64,000 bases of DNA from positions 6,141 to 70,140 of IMG/VR virus record IMGVR_UViG_3300021356_000012. One strand, written 5' to 3'. The notes beneath the pieces were generated by a model that searched no databases, had not been told where the DNA came from, and saw only the letters and a list, made by a program, of their open reading frames with translations. The position numbers and the translations under genes were made by a program. Shown one piece after another: positions 1-11,800 of this stretch (the stretch's first letter is position 1; each line of letters begins with the position of its first letter). The stretch comes from a virus.

Positions 1-3000
1 CGTGATGTACTAGACTTCCGTCCAGTACGTAAACCAGACGCATTGAACGAATTCACCATGAGTGAACTACCACAGAATGCATCTGCGGTTAGTATTACTG
101 AGGTGTCCTACTACCTACCACGTATCGACATGTTAGTCGCAAACTCCGTGGACAGTCGAGGTGACATCGGTTTCGGTGAGTTACAGGTCATTCAGGGGCA
201 ACCAGCAGAATACCCACGTGAGCCAGAGATTCCAAGTGGCGCACTTTCTCTGTACAAGATACGACTAAACCCATACACGTTTGGTACTGAAGATGTCATC
301 ACGACAAACATCAGCAACAAGCGATACACTATGAAAGACATCGGTAAGATGTCCACTCGTATCAATAACCTATTTGAGTTGACCACGTTGAGTTTCCTAG
401 AACTTAACACCAACACTTTAACTGTGTTGGATGCGGACGGTCTTGCGCGTACAAAGGCAGGATTTATCGCGGACAACTTTACCGACTTCTCATTCTCTGA
501 TATCCAGAATGATAACTATCGTGCATCCCTAGACGCGGGTAACAACCTAAGAGCGTCATTCCGTATGCAGTCGGTACGTTTACAGTACGCAAACACCAAC
601 CCAACTTCTGTTAAAAACGCAGATGTTGCAACACTAAAGTACACTAACGTACCTATGGTTGAACAGTTACTTGCAACAGATGCAATGAACGTCAACCCAT
701 TCGCAGTTATCACCCAACAGGGTCACATCACACTATCACCGGCAAGTGATGAGTGGGTGGAGACTCGTACCCTACCGGCTCCAGTACAACAATTCATCCG
801 TCCTTGGGAGGACCTATGGATTGCAGAAGACCGCCGCGAAAGTGAATGGTTCGGTCAGGGTGAACTAACATGGATGACGGTCAACTGGAACCTAAACTTT
901 AACGAGGCATGGTTACCAGTACAAAACATGATGGGCGGACGAATCGCAGACATCGAGATTATACCGTTCATGCGTTCACGCCGTATAGCCTTTGCCGCTC
1001 GTGGACTGCGTCCAAATGCAAACATCTTCGCGTTCTTCGACGGTGTTGATGTGAGTGATTGGGTACGTCAAGAGTCCGCAGAGATTAGTTTCTCTAATGA
1101 CCCAGCAGAGATTGGTTCACAGTTTGCGAACGCAACTGAATACCCAGCTGCACTTGGTGGTAAGAGCGAACTAATGACTGACTCAAAGGGTGAGCTACTT
1201 GGTTCATTCTTCTTACCTAACACAGATGCGATTCAGTTCAGAACAGGTTCACAAGAATTTACTTTGATGGATGTAGACAGTGGTATACAGGACGATGCGT
1301 TGACTTTCGCATCTACTATGTATACGTCAAGCGGTTCATTAGTGACTCGCTTCGAACCACCATTCCGTCAGTTTGACCCATTGGCACAATCTTTCTTCAT
1401 TGACCAAATCGAGAATCCATACGGTGTATTCATTACAGGCGCGAACATATTCATGGCGTCAAAGGATTCACAGATTCCTCTACAGGTACAGATTCGTCCA
1501 GTAGAGAACGGCGTACCACAGGAACGTGCAATTGTAGGGTCAACTAAGTTTATCAACCCAGAGGACGTTGTTGTCACTCCGTTCACTGAAGACACAGATA
1601 TCGTAACTGTACAGGCTGCACCAACACGAGTAGATTTCAATCAACCAATCTACCTAGAGCCATCTAAGTCTTACGCGATTGTTCTACTTGCAGACAGTAC
1701 AGAGTACACTGCATACACTGCGCAAACTTATCAGTATGTTCTAGGACCAAGTCGTGATACTTTGGTATCAAAGCAACCAACTCTAGGTTCTCTATTCCTA
1801 TCGCAGAACGGTTCGACTTGGACTCCAGACCAAACACGTGACCTTATGTTCACACTGGACCGTGCAGAGTTTGAAGAGACTGGTACTGTTCTACTTGAGA
1901 ACACTGTACTACCTAATGTCATGCTCAACGCAGACCCATTCGAAACATTCGCGAATGACACTCTAATCTTTGTAAATCACGAAGGCCACGGTTTTGTATC
2001 GGGTGACGAAGTAGTTATCCAAGGTGTGACTGGCGGTGTAAGTGGTAACGAAGCTGAAGACTTGAACGGCACATTCCAAGTGGTAGAACCACGTTGGAAC
2101 GGTTATAAGATTAATACACAGAATGCACCTACTGGCGCATCCGTTGGTGGTGGTTCCGGTGTGGTTGTATCGCAACAGGTCATGTACGACCAATTCGTAC
2201 CACAGATTCAGAATACTATCCCACGCGGAACTGGTATCACTACAGTCGCACGATTGACTGAAGGTTCATCATACGGTTCAGGTCGAACTTTGTCAAGTAA
2301 CGCATACGTCACCAAGACGACAACTGCATTCTTGAATGACTTAAACATCAACGATTCACCAAAGGTTGTTGCATCAAGTGAGCAGGTCAATGGAGCGAAG
2401 ACTCTGGCGATGGAACTAAACTTGAATGCGAGTGATGACCGAAAGGTATCTCCAATCATCGACCTACAACGTTCATCTGTTCTTGCACTAGAAAACGTTA
2501 TCGATGATGCGAACGCCGCGCAACATATCACTATCCCGATTGCGATATCAGAGTCGTCGGTAGGATTGAAGATTATCTTCGCAGCTAACAAACCGTCAGT
2601 TGCAGACTTCGAGGTATACACCAAGACTGCAGTTGATGAAGACGCATTGTCTGCAACAGATGACAATGGTGACCCATTGGTCGATTGGGTACAGGCAGAT
2701 ATAGACTTTGCAGTACCAAGTGACGATAACCCAACAATCTTCCGTGACCATGAATATACGATTGAGGCAGACCCTTTCTCTGTATTCCAGATTAAGATTG
2801 TTATGAAAACAAGTAACACGTCTAAGACTCCAGTCGTACGCGACCTACGTGCAATCGCGTTGGTAACTCCGTATGGCGGTGGTGGCGGTTCAAGCAGTAG
2901 TACCACTAACACAGGTAGCGGTACCGGAAATGACACTGGTGATGGCAACGGAAGTGATACTGGTAGCGGTACCGGAGATGACACTGGCGATGGTACCGGA

Positions 3001-4101
3001 GGAGACGACCCATCACCATCTGCGACTGCATTCACAGATATAACATCGTTACCAGCGACGTTAAATATTACAGGCTCTCCACGAACGTTTGAGGGATATA
3101 ATCCAGAACAGGACACTAATCAATACGGAGAGTCTTGGAGATATTGGCACGATGAAGGTCGTTTGTTGAGATTGGCGATTCGGTTCCAACCATCTGGTGA
3201 TTTCCAACTTGTTACCAATACTAACAGGACAGCCGAAACGGTCGTTGGTGCAGATTACATAGACCAATTCACCGTTCTTGCAACGGGTAAGTGGTTAGAC
3301 CGCCCTGTCGTTGATGGAGAAACCTTTGAATGTGGCATGGAAATTGTCGAGGTTGATGGTCAGTCGGTTTCGTTCCGTCCAAATAATACGGTAGATAACC
3401 CACACCCAGAATTAAGAAATGTTGGAACGGGTGCGGACCTTGGTCATGACCCTGTGGTTTCAAAAACTGTTGACCATGACACTAACTGGGGCGCACACGG
3501 GTTTTTCATCACTGAACACAGCACTTGGATTGAAGACGGAAAACCGTCTTCGTGGGATTCACTTCACCTAAACCCTGCGCAAGATATCACAGGTTCATTC
3601 AAGATGAATTTGTTTGTCAGGGGAGACAACGTCACCGACGTTACTACAGCGCCTATCGAGGTAAATTATACTCTACAGGGTGAGGCGCAAGTGGACGACT
3701 CTCAAGGGTCGCCGTTAGTAATAGTAGGAGTAAGTGATAGAACGGGAGAAGACCCAGACCCAATCATTGCATCCTATGCATTAAGTGTATGGAAGCCTAG
3801 AACATTCCATGACGGCGCTACAGTATCAGACCAGACACTTGAAGTAGCGAGCGGTGCAACTGTCGATTTCCACATGACTTGGGGGTCTACTGACGGACAA
3901 ACCGTAACGGTCGTACCAAATGAAACATGGGACGAGACGGGTCAATCAATAACTGTTAACCGTGGTGATTTCGTACAACTAAATGTATCGGATACTGCAC
4001 AGATAGGAGATGATGCAAGCGTAACAGTGAGCGCCACTATATCAGGAGTACAGTATACTAAAGAAGTACCAATTCTGGTTATCTCCGGTGGTATGGGTTA
4101 A
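1..4101 (+). CDS. Large virion structural protein (VrlC/DUF4815-like of T4-like phages), 5'-truncated; C-terminal extension after a Gly/Ser/Thr/Asp linker
   Basis: Frame is open from base 1 (RDVLDFRP...), so the TTG at 43 is not the real start. Motifs YYLPRID, FDPLAQSF, GSLFLSQNGSTWTPDQ..DLMF and FQIKIVM...P.VRDLRAIA are typical of this marine T4-like family. Confidence 0.75.
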   Translation, partial: RDVLDFRPVRKPDALNEFTMSELPQNASAVSITEVSYYLPRIDMLVANSVDSRGDIGFGELQVIQGQPAEYPREPEIPSGALSLYKIRLNPYTFGTEDVITTNISNKRYTMKDIGKMSTRINNLFELTTLSFLELNTNTLTVLDADGLARTKAGFIADNFTDFSFSDIQNDNYRASLDAGNNLRASFRMQSVRLQYANTNPTSVKNADVATLKYTNVPMVEQLLATDAMNVNPFAVITQQGHITLSPASDEWVETRTLPAPVQQFIRPWEDLWIAEDRRESEWFGQGELTWMTVNWNLNFNEAWLPVQNMMGGRIADIEIIPFMRSRRIAFAARGLRPNANIFAFFDGVDVSDWVRQESAEISFSNDPAEIGSQFANATEYPAALGGKSELMTDSKGELLGSFFLPNTDAIQFRTGSQEFTLMDVDSGIQDDALTFASTMYTSSGSLVTRFEPPFRQFDPLAQSFFIDQIENPYGVFITGANIFMASKDSQIPLQVQIRPVENGVPQERAIVGSTKFINPEDVVVTPFTEDTDIVTVQAAPTRVDFNQPIYLEPSKSYAIVLLADSTEYTAYTAQTYQYVLGPSRDTLVSKQPTLGSLFLSQNGSTWTPDQTRDLMFTLDRAEFEETGTVLLENTVLPNVMLNADPFETFANDTLIFVNHEGHGFVSGDEVVIQGVTGGVSGNEAEDLNGTFQVVEPRWNGYKINTQNAPTGASVGGGSGVVVSQQVMYDQFVPQIQNTIPRGTGITTVARLTEGSSYGSGRTLSSNAYVTKTTTAFLNDLNINDSPKVVASSEQVNGAKTLAMELNLNASDDRKVSPIIDLQRSSVLALENVIDDANAAQHITIPIAISESSVGLKIIFAANKPSVADFEVYTKTAVDEDALSATDDNGDPLVDWVQADIDFAVPSDDNPTIFRDHEYTIEADPFSVFQIKIVMKTSNTSKTPVVRDLRAIALVTPYGGGGGSSSSTTNTGSGTGNDTGDGNGSDTGSGTGDDTGDGTGGDDPSPSATAFTDITSLPATLNITGSPRTFEGYNPEQDTNQYGESWRYWHDEGRLLRLAIRFQPSGDFQLVTNTNRTAETVVGADYIDQFTVLATGKWLDRPVVDGETFECGMEIVEVDGQSVSFRPNNTVDNPHPELRNVGTGADLGHDPVVSKTVDHDTNWGAHGFFITEHSTWIEDGKPSSWDSLHLNPAQDITGSFKMNLFVRGDNVTDVTTAPIEVNYTLQGEAQVDDSQGSPLVIVGVSDRTGEDPDPIIASYALSVWKPRTFHDGATVSDQTLEVASGATVDFHMTWGSTDGQTVTVVPNETWDETGQSITVNRGDFVQLNVSDTAQIGDDASVTVSATISGVQYTKEVPILVISGGMG

Positions 4102-4337
4102 TGCAAAAGAGATACTTGAAAGTAGAAGGTCATAATAATTTAGTGAGGGATAGTCGTACCGGCGCTATCCTAAATACGAACAAGGCAGAGATTGAAAGGG
4201 CAAAAAAACAAAAACAAGAAGCGCTCAAAAAGAATGCACATATCGACAAGCTGTCTAGTGATGTTGAATCACTTAAACAAGATATGTCACAGATAAAAGA
4301 TTTGCTTTTTCGTTTAGTAGAGGGTAAAGATGAGTAA
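4101..4337 (+). CDS. Small conserved hypothetical protein with C-terminal coiled coil
   Basis: KVEGHNNLVRD..TGAILN motif, commonly found just downstream of the VrlC-like gene; overlaps the upstream stop codon. Confidence 0.7.
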   Translation: MQKRYLKVEGHNNLVRDSRTGAILNTNKAEIERAKKQKQEALKKNAHIDKLSSDVESLKQDMSQIKDLLFRLVEGKDE

Positions 4338-6093
4338 TCCTATTTTACAAGAAATACATCTTGCGGATAATATAAACGCAGCGATACTAAAAATTAACCA
4401 GAACTTTGAGGGACTGGATTCTGCAGTTAGTAATATCACTATTAATATCGACTCTGCAGATATCACCAATATCATTAATAATGTATTAGACTCAGATTAT
4501 TTCTTAACTGTAATCGACTCTGACTATATTCAGCAGTTGTTATTGGATATGGAGTTGAACTTTGATGACTCTCAGGTTCAAGCCAATGCGACAAATATAT
4601 TAGAGTTATACAACCGCATCGATATTACTGACTCGGGTGTTCTTGTACTTGCAAGTCAAATACAACAGGTAGAAGCGGACCTTGCAAACTTAACACTTGA
4701 CGGTATCGATTCTGCATTTTTAGAATCTGCAGTTGCGGGTGCGATGTCATCATTGACTGCTAGAATAAATGTTAATAGCGATGGACTAACAATACTTGGT
4801 GAGGCTGTAGATTCAGTCAGTGCGTCATTAGTTCTTATCGATAGTGAATTAGGCGGTTTAGATGGTCGCATTACTGGAAACGCGAATGCGATCAGCACAC
4901 TAACCTCTCGTATCAATATCAACTCAGACCAGATTGATATACTGGGTCAGTCAGTAGATTCTATTCGCACAGACCTAAACAATATCGTATTGGATGCAAT
5001 CGACTCTGACTTAATTATAGATGCAGTTGCAGAAGCCCAGAGCGCATTAAGTGCACGAATCACTGTAAATAGTGATGGCATCACTTCCTTGGGTTCACAG
5101 ATAACTACCCTTAATGCAAACCTTAGTGCGATTAACTCTGATACTAACGAGAGAATTGACCTAAACGCAAGTGCAATATCTTCAGTAATCGCACGAGTCA
5201 ATATAAACTCAGATGAAATATCAGCGATAGCTGAGGCGACAGACTCTTTGAGTGTTAGTCTTGACCAAATCTTAGATGAAAACGGTAACGTAATCATTTC
5301 ACCTACCGATGTTGAGGCTGCGGCTGCGGATGCATTCAGTCAAGTGTATGCACGAATAGAAGCAGACAGCGCACGTTTAACGGTAATGAGTGGTCGAGTC
5401 GATAGTTTTCAAACCGAATTACTTGCTACTCAGGGTGATTTAGACGCAGAGATACTAGCGACTGGTCTTGCACGTCAACAACTTGAGAATCGAATTTCAA
5501 TCAACAGTGATACAATCACTAACGTTAGTTCTTTGGTCACTGAACTAGATAGTACTCTTTTGGTTCGTGACGCAGAAGGTAATGTGACAAGCACTGCACA
5601 CGCAGGTGCGGTAGAAGACCTAAGAACTGAGGTGGTTGCAGAAGACGGACTTATCCAGAGTGCACTATCGAGTTTTGAAACTACAATCGAAGCGATGATT
5701 GATAGTTCTAGGGCTGCGATTACTACAGACTATCAAACTTATGTAGATAATGCAACTGGTAATACTACCGCATCATGGCGTTTAAACGTAGAGGCGGGTG
5801 ACACAACTGACCCTTACGTTGCGGGTATCGAGTTGTCGAACAACTCTCAGGTTGCAGATTTAGTCATCACTGCAGATACGTTTAAGTTGGTAACCCCGAC
5901 TGCGACAGATGGTTCTGGTGGTATCAACCCGTTCACTGTAGATGCAACTGGAGTGAAACTATCTAACGCAACAGTTACAGGTTCTATAAGTATTGGTACT
6001 GGCCTAAGTGGTACAGACCACATGGAAATCACCAATGATAGGATTGATATCTTTGAGGGTAACGCAAGAAGAGTTCGATTAGGAATGTTATAA
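4330..6093 (+). CDS. Coiled-coil tail fibre/tail-tip protein with C-terminal DUF1983 (lambda J C-terminus-like) region
   Basis: Long heptad-rich repeats (ARINVNSDG...) followed by YVAGIEL...LVITADTFKLV...PFTV and terminal RVRLG. Confidence 0.6.
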   Translation: MSNPILQEIHLADNINAAILKINQNFEGLDSAVSNITINIDSADITNIINNVLDSDYFLTVIDSDYIQQLLLDMELNFDDSQVQANATNILELYNRIDITDSGVLVLASQIQQVEADLANLTLDGIDSAFLESAVAGAMSSLTARINVNSDGLTILGEAVDSVSASLVLIDSELGGLDGRITGNANAISTLTSRININSDQIDILGQSVDSIRTDLNNIVLDAIDSDLIIDAVAEAQSALSARITVNSDGITSLGSQITTLNANLSAINSDTNERIDLNASAISSVIARVNINSDEISAIAEATDSLSVSLDQILDENGNVIISPTDVEAAAADAFSQVYARIEADSARLTVMSGRVDSFQTELLATQGDLDAEILATGLARQQLENRISINSDTITNVSSLVTELDSTLLVRDAEGNVTSTAHAGAVEDLRTEVVAEDGLIQSALSSFETTIEAMIDSSRAAITTDYQTYVDNATGNTTASWRLNVEAGDTTDPYVAGIELSNNSQVADLVITADTFKLVTPTATDGSGGINPFTVDATGVKLSNATVTGSISIGTGLSGTDHMEITNDRIDIFEGNARRVRLGML

Positions 6094-6096
6094 TTT

Positions 6097-6996
6097 ATGT
6101 TTTATGTTTTATCTAGCCACAATATTTTTGCACTCAAGCGACAGTTTAAAACACTACCAATAGATAAGACGACAGTAATAATAAATACGACTCACGCTGA
6201 GTTTCGTGAACATGCGATAGCTTATTGTGAGGAAAATAAAGTTCGTTATTTTGTAACAGAGAGTGATGGCACTGCTGCCACGGGAAAGAATAGTTTTCTT
6301 GACCGATTTGATGAAGATGGTGTACCATATGCAGTGCTGATAGATGGTGATGATTACCTCACTAAGCGTGGAGTGGTCATGTATCAACGTCTAGTAGAAC
6401 GAGAAGATGTACCAGACGCTTTAGTGTTGTTTAATCAGGTCAATATAACTGAAACGAGACATGACCGTGTAGAAAGAAGTCAAGACCCGATTAGACCACA
6501 CGAAGACCCTACTAAGTTGACCTCTCGATACATACAGTCATCGGCAGTCGCAGACTGGAACGAGTTGGCTAAAGGTTTTTTGGTTGCAGATAATGTGCCA
6601 GATATTACAGCTGAAGAAGTAGAGATGTTTAAAAAATATATCTCAACTCTTCAACACTCGATGGGTATAGATGAGTTAAGCACACGACTTGTGTTTATGT
6701 CAAGAAAGGTTTTACCCTACAGATTCAATAAAGGTTTGACGGTAGGAGAGGATACTCTTCAATATCTTGAACTAAAAGATGCACATGAACGTGGTGAACT
6801 AAAATTGGCTGCGCATAATGAAAAGTTCCCGACATACATGTACGATGTACGTATATCGGGCATTGCATTAAAAGAAAGTCAAAAGGACCAAGGTAAAGGG
6901 TTCATTAACTGGATGAAAGTTCTTTTGGCAGAAATGGATTGTCTAAAAGATAATAATAAGTTACACAAAACACGTGTACCAATATTGGAGTTTTAA
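6097..6996 (+). CDS. Putative glycosyltransferase (GT-A-like)
   Basis: G.A.GKNS motif, LIDGDD (DxD-type) motif and a GED motif. Confidence 0.5.
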   Translation: MFYVLSSHNIFALKRQFKTLPIDKTTVIINTTHAEFREHAIAYCEENKVRYFVTESDGTAATGKNSFLDRFDEDGVPYAVLIDGDDYLTKRGVVMYQRLVEREDVPDALVLFNQVNITETRHDRVERSQDPIRPHEDPTKLTSRYIQSSAVADWNELAKGFLVADNVPDITAEEVEMFKKYISTLQHSMGIDELSTRLVFMSRKVLPYRFNKGLTVGEDTLQYLELKDAHERGELKLAAHNEKFPTYMYDVRISGIALKESQKDQGKGFINWMKVLLAEMDCLKDNNKLHKTRVPILEF

Positions 6997-7299
6997 ATGG
7001 CCGATTATGGTTTAAAAATATGGACCGCAGCTGGATATGTATCGTTTGATTCCAGATATATGCCATCCTATGTAAAAGTGGTTACGTCCGGAACGACTAC
7101 TGTTAGCGGTAACGGCACTAAAACCATATCCGTTCCAGAAGGATACACTTATCTTTATGTTAATGGTCCATCCGGTCCATATGAGTATCCCTTTGAATAC
7201 ACCAGAAAGAATTTCTCTGGAGGTAAGGCGTACGCATTTGAGCTAGAAAATAATCTTCCAACCACTGAATCGTTCGGTTACGTTTGTATTGTGCTATAG
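6997..7299 (+). CDS. Small tail-associated protein (N-terminal YGL motif)
   Basis: MADYGLKIW...FDS start, typical of small genes following J-like tail-tip genes. Confidence 0.5.
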   Translation: MADYGLKIWTAAGYVSFDSRYMPSYVKVVTSGTTTVSGNGTKTISVPEGYTYLYVNGPSGPYEYPFEYTRKNFSGGKAYAFELENNLPTTESFGYVCIVL

Positions 7300-7308
7300 G
7301 AGAATATC

Positions 7309-8184
7309 ATGTCGGATTATGGATTACAGGTAACAAATCAATCAGGTCGCGTTTTGTTCGATAGTCGTGAAGCGGGCCGTGGTACTTTTCAATACTCAAA
7401 GGGAACTATCTCGCCTGGCCAATCGCTAACTACCCTTATATCAGATTTGGTATTAATTAATATTGATAAGCCAAGTTCGGGAAGTCATAGATTTAGACTG
7501 GCAGGAACGCGTGTCGCCTCAGGTAATACTCTTACTTGGACTTTTAATTACACTTTCGCCACAGTTAATAACCACCCTATTAACTATGTTATTCTGAGAG
7601 ACGCGGCGCAGGCTACAACTTTTGGTGACTATGGTTTACAATGTAATGACCGTGAAGGAACATATACTGGTCCAGTTACTTTTGATAGTCGCATGTTCAC
7701 ATCAACTGAAGGGGAAATTTCACTCGACCCAAATGATGTTTACATAGGAAGATTCGGACATGGTCAGAGTATATCCAGTTTCAGACAAATCAATGGCGTG
7801 ACCATGACTGGATGGAACGGTCCAGATGGATTGGATTACTATAACGCAGGTATGTTAGAATACACTTCAGTATCGAGCTATGTAAGAGAATTTAGTATTG
7901 TTTGGGACAGTGGGACAAATATAGGTAATACTTATCAAGAAATATATAGTCGGCAAACAGGGTATTATGGTAATCCACCCTTTTCAACGATTTATGCATC
8001 TATTATAACAGTATCAACTTATGCAAACTCAGCTGCACCAAGCCCAGGCGGAGTATATTCCTTTTCCGAGGTTCACTCGGCAGGACAGGGATTTGAAACT
8101 ACATATTACCCGTCGGCACTACAACCACTGTATATTGGTAGACCCAACCCTAACTTAGGTTTATATGAACCAACAAATACTTAA
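7309..8184 (+). CDS. Tail-associated protein with two YGL...FDSR repeats
   Basis: MSDYGLQVTN...FDSR and internal DYGLQCND...FDSR; AGGAG Shine-Dalgarno (SD) upstream. Confidence 0.5.
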   Translation: MSDYGLQVTNQSGRVLFDSREAGRGTFQYSKGTISPGQSLTTLISDLVLINIDKPSSGSHRFRLAGTRVASGNTLTWTFNYTFATVNNHPINYVILRDAAQATTFGDYGLQCNDREGTYTGPVTFDSRMFTSTEGEISLDPNDVYIGRFGHGQSISSFRQINGVTMTGWNGPDGLDYYNAGMLEYTSVSSYVREFSIVWDSGTNIGNTYQEIYSRQTGYYGNPPFSTIYASIITVSTYANSAAPSPGGVYSFSEVHSAGQGFETTYYPSALQPLYIGRPNPNLGLYEPTNT

Positions 8185-8186
8185 TG

Positions 8187-8194
8187 TATAAATA
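8187..8194 (+). promoter_or_regulatory. T4-type late (gp55) promoter TATAAATA
   Basis: Exact TATAAATA in the intergenic gap before 8218. Confidence 0.8.
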
Positions 8195-8217
8195 AATTTT
8201 TATTTGGAGATTACAAA

Positions 8218-8691
8218 ATGCACCCTAAAATCGCCTTAACTAATCAGAATGGCGTAATTGACAGAACTGATATGGATAGCGGTCGCTGGCCAGAAGATGG
8301 AGAATGGCTTGATGGTTGGCGCATTCAAAGAATCTATGACCTAGAAGGTCTTGAAGTTAGCGAATACATCTCAACTCGCGTATGGTCAGACGACGCATAT
8401 GCGTTTGTCCCTGTCCCTCGCAGACCAAATCCAATCGCAGATTGGGACTGGTCCACTGAACAGTGGGTATGGGATTCTGAGGTTATTCTCAACGAGATTA
8501 GAACTGAACGTAACCGTATTCTTATGCAAAGTGACTGGGCATTAATGCCAGACTCACCTTTGTCAGATGAGCAGAAAGAAGAGATGAGGGCCTATCGTAA
8601 GGCTCTTAGAGACTTCCCTTCAACCCTTGATATGACTCAAGTAATGAGTCTACAGGATGTAGAGGATTGGCCAGTACACCCTGCTCTATAA
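8218..8691 (+). CDS. Tail fibre assembly chaperone
   Basis: C-terminal IRTERNRIL..SDW..MPDSPL...YRKALRDFP...WP motif of phage tail assembly chaperones. Confidence 0.8.
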   Translation: MHPKIALTNQNGVIDRTDMDSGRWPEDGEWLDGWRIQRIYDLEGLEVSEYISTRVWSDDAYAFVPVPRRPNPIADWDWSTEQWVWDSEVILNEIRTERNRILMQSDWALMPDSPLSDEQKEEMRAYRKALRDFPSTLDMTQVMSLQDVEDWPVHPAL

Positions 8692-8693
8692 AA

Positions 8694-8701
8694 TATAAAT
8701 A
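8694..8701 (+). promoter_or_regulatory. T4-type late promoter TATAAATA upstream of the giant repeat gene
   Basis: Exact consensus. Confidence 0.8.
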
Positions 8702-8805
8702 GGAGTATTGATTGGAGATGCGCAGATAGTGGTTTTCTGCGCACTAATTTATTATAAATAAAACCATCGTAAACCCTTTTTCATTCACTATAGAGAGCGA
8801 TAATT

Positions 8806-11800
8806 GTGTCAGCATCGAGCATTCCACTAAAAATCAAAAATTCGAATGGTGACCTACAGGAATTCACTCCGGCGGAAGAGAACTATCTTGCGTTCGCAGT
8901 GGGACAAGCATTGGCGTCTGCAGCGTCCAATGATGTCGGTAATATAAGTTTAACTGGTAACGTGAACATTGGTTCTTTCGTTGACACCTTCTATAATGAG
9001 GTCACCGGAACTCACCCAGCTTCACAAATAACTTCATCTACTACAACTACTACACTAACTCAGGTGGGTGGTCCAGCAGATGAATCCGGTGCAAACTTTG
9101 TACGCCCTGTAGGATACTACGACGGAACTAACCCTGGCTTCTACGAAATGGTAGACCCAGACGTAACCGCGTTAGCCAATCGTGTTCTGAGTAATCTTGC
9201 ACAGAATGATTACGTAGGAACTTTTAAACTAGCATCTTCCAGCCCAGGCGCTGATTACACATTGTTCATAGGAAATGTGTTTCAGGATACCCGTGGGGAT
9301 GGAACATCAACTTCTTACAACATTTATCTACGTAACAATATGTCTGCGATTGCGGCAGTTCGTCCAGTTGCGACTCGTTACGACGTTAATGGAGACTTCG
9401 ACGGTTTCCAAGAGATGAGTGATGCACAAATCCAATACACTATTGGTCAGCGCATCAAGACTCTACGTGCGACTTCAGGTAACATTGGTTCATACCAGTT
9501 GCGTTCTTCAACGCAAGGTGTACCTACTGCCCCAGGCACTTGGAAGTCCGTAGGCTCTGCAATCAACACTACTCGTGAAATTGCAGACCAGTCATATGCT
9601 CGTACTCGTAACTCTGCATATGTACGTACTCGTGTTTCTTCATACACTCGTGACCGTACCTCTACATACGCCCGAGTTTCTACTCGTACCAGTACTCGCG
9701 ACTTTGCAGGTAACTACGTAGGTAACTATACTCGCGATTTCACAGGTAACTACTCACGCAACTTTGCGGGTGAGTACACAGGTGACTTCGTAGGTAACTA
9801 TTCTCGCACTCGTAACAGTGCATATTCACGTGACCGTGTGACTAACTTCTCACGTACTTTTACTGGCGAATACATCCTAAACCGTCAGTCAACGTATACT
9901 CGTGTACGTCTACAGGCGTTCACTGGTGGATTTACTGGTTACTATTCTCGTGCACGTGTCTCTGTCTATACTCGTAACAGAATAACAGATTTCGCAGGAT
10001 ACTACACTCGTAACCGTGTATCCACATATGCCCGTGGCCGTGTTTCTTCTTACGCAGGTACTTACTCACGCAACCGCGTTAGTGCCTATGCAGGAACTTA
10101 CACACGTACTCGTGTATCATCTTACTCAGGAACATACGCTCGTACTCGTAACTCTGCATATGCAGGGACTTACACGCGTACACGCGTTTCTGCGTACTCA
10201 GGTACTTACTCACGCACACGCGTTTCTGCATATGCTGCAGATTATACTCGCGTTCGTGCGACTAACTACACTCGCGACCGTGTAACTAACTTTGCAGGTG
10301 TTTACTCACGCGCACGTGTATCGACATATGTTCGCAACCGTGTTACAAACTTTGCGGGTAACTTTATTGGTAACTATGCTCGTAACTTCGTAGGAAACTA
10401 TGCTCGCAACTTCGTAGGAAACTACGCACGTGCGTTCGCTGGTGACTACGTAGGTAATTACGCTCGTACTTCTACTCGCACATCAACTCGTACTCGTTAC
10501 TCGGCTTATGCACGTACTTCAACACGTACTCGTGTATCTGCTTACACTCGCGACCGTGTTACAAACTTTGCGGGTAACTTTATTGGTAACTATGCACGTG
10601 ATTTCGTTGGAAACTTTGTAGGTAACTACGCACGTAACTTTGCTGGGGACTTTGCAGGTAACTATGTTGGTAACTATGCAAGAGACTTCGTAGGCGATTT
10701 CGTAGGTAACTATGCACGTAACTTTGTTGGTAACTACGGCGGTAACTTCGTCGGTAACTATGCAACTACATTTACTGGTGACTTCGTAGGTAACTACGCT
10801 CGCGGTTTCGTTGGAAACTATGCACGTAACTTTGTCGGTAACTACACTAGAAACTTTGCCGGTAACTTCGTAGGTAACTACTCTCGTGGCTTCGCAGGAA
10901 ACTATGGCGGTAACTTCGTTGGTGATTATGCACGTACTCGTGCGACCAACTATTCGCGTAACCGTGTTTCTGCGTACAGCCGTACTCGTGCAACCAATTA
11001 CACCCGTACTCGTAACTCTGCGTACACTCGTACGTCTACTCGTACTCGTTACAGTGCATATGCACGTACTTCGACTCGTACGTCAACTCGTACTCTAAGT
11101 TACACTCGTACATTGTACTACACTGGTAACTACGCTCGTGCGTTTACTCGTGATCGTACTCAGACATTTACTGCAACTGGTACCTACACTCGTACTTTAT
11201 ACTACGCGGGTGACTTTACTGGAAACTACACCCGTAATGTTACTTACACTGGTAACTATACCCGTACATTGACTTACACTGGTGACTTCGTAGGTAACTA
11301 CACTCGTGGTGTCACTTATACTGGTAACTACACTCGTGGTGGCCCAGTAACATATACTGGCGACTATATTCGTTACCAGAACCCATATGACACCGTAAAC
11401 TATTATATCGGTAACTATATCGGCGGTGGTGCTACCTACACTGGTAACTTTGTTGGTAACTACACCAGCGCATATGCAGGCGCAGGTGGTGGTCGAGTAT
11501 CTTCATATACTCGATATGTTTATCCAACTGGTCTACAGTATTATACTCGTTCGTTCGGTACAACCACCTATTATACGCGTACATCGACTCGTACGTCAAC
11601 TCGTAACTCAACTGGTGCAGGCACGGATTATACTGGTGCATACACTCGTTCGGCAGCGTTGTACTACACTGGTAACTATATCGGTACTGTTACTGAGACT
11701 TACACTCGTAACCGCGCTGCGACACTAGACTACACTCGTACTCGTGTCACTAACTACACTGCAACAGGTACGTATACTCGTGGCCGTGGGGCGACACTAG

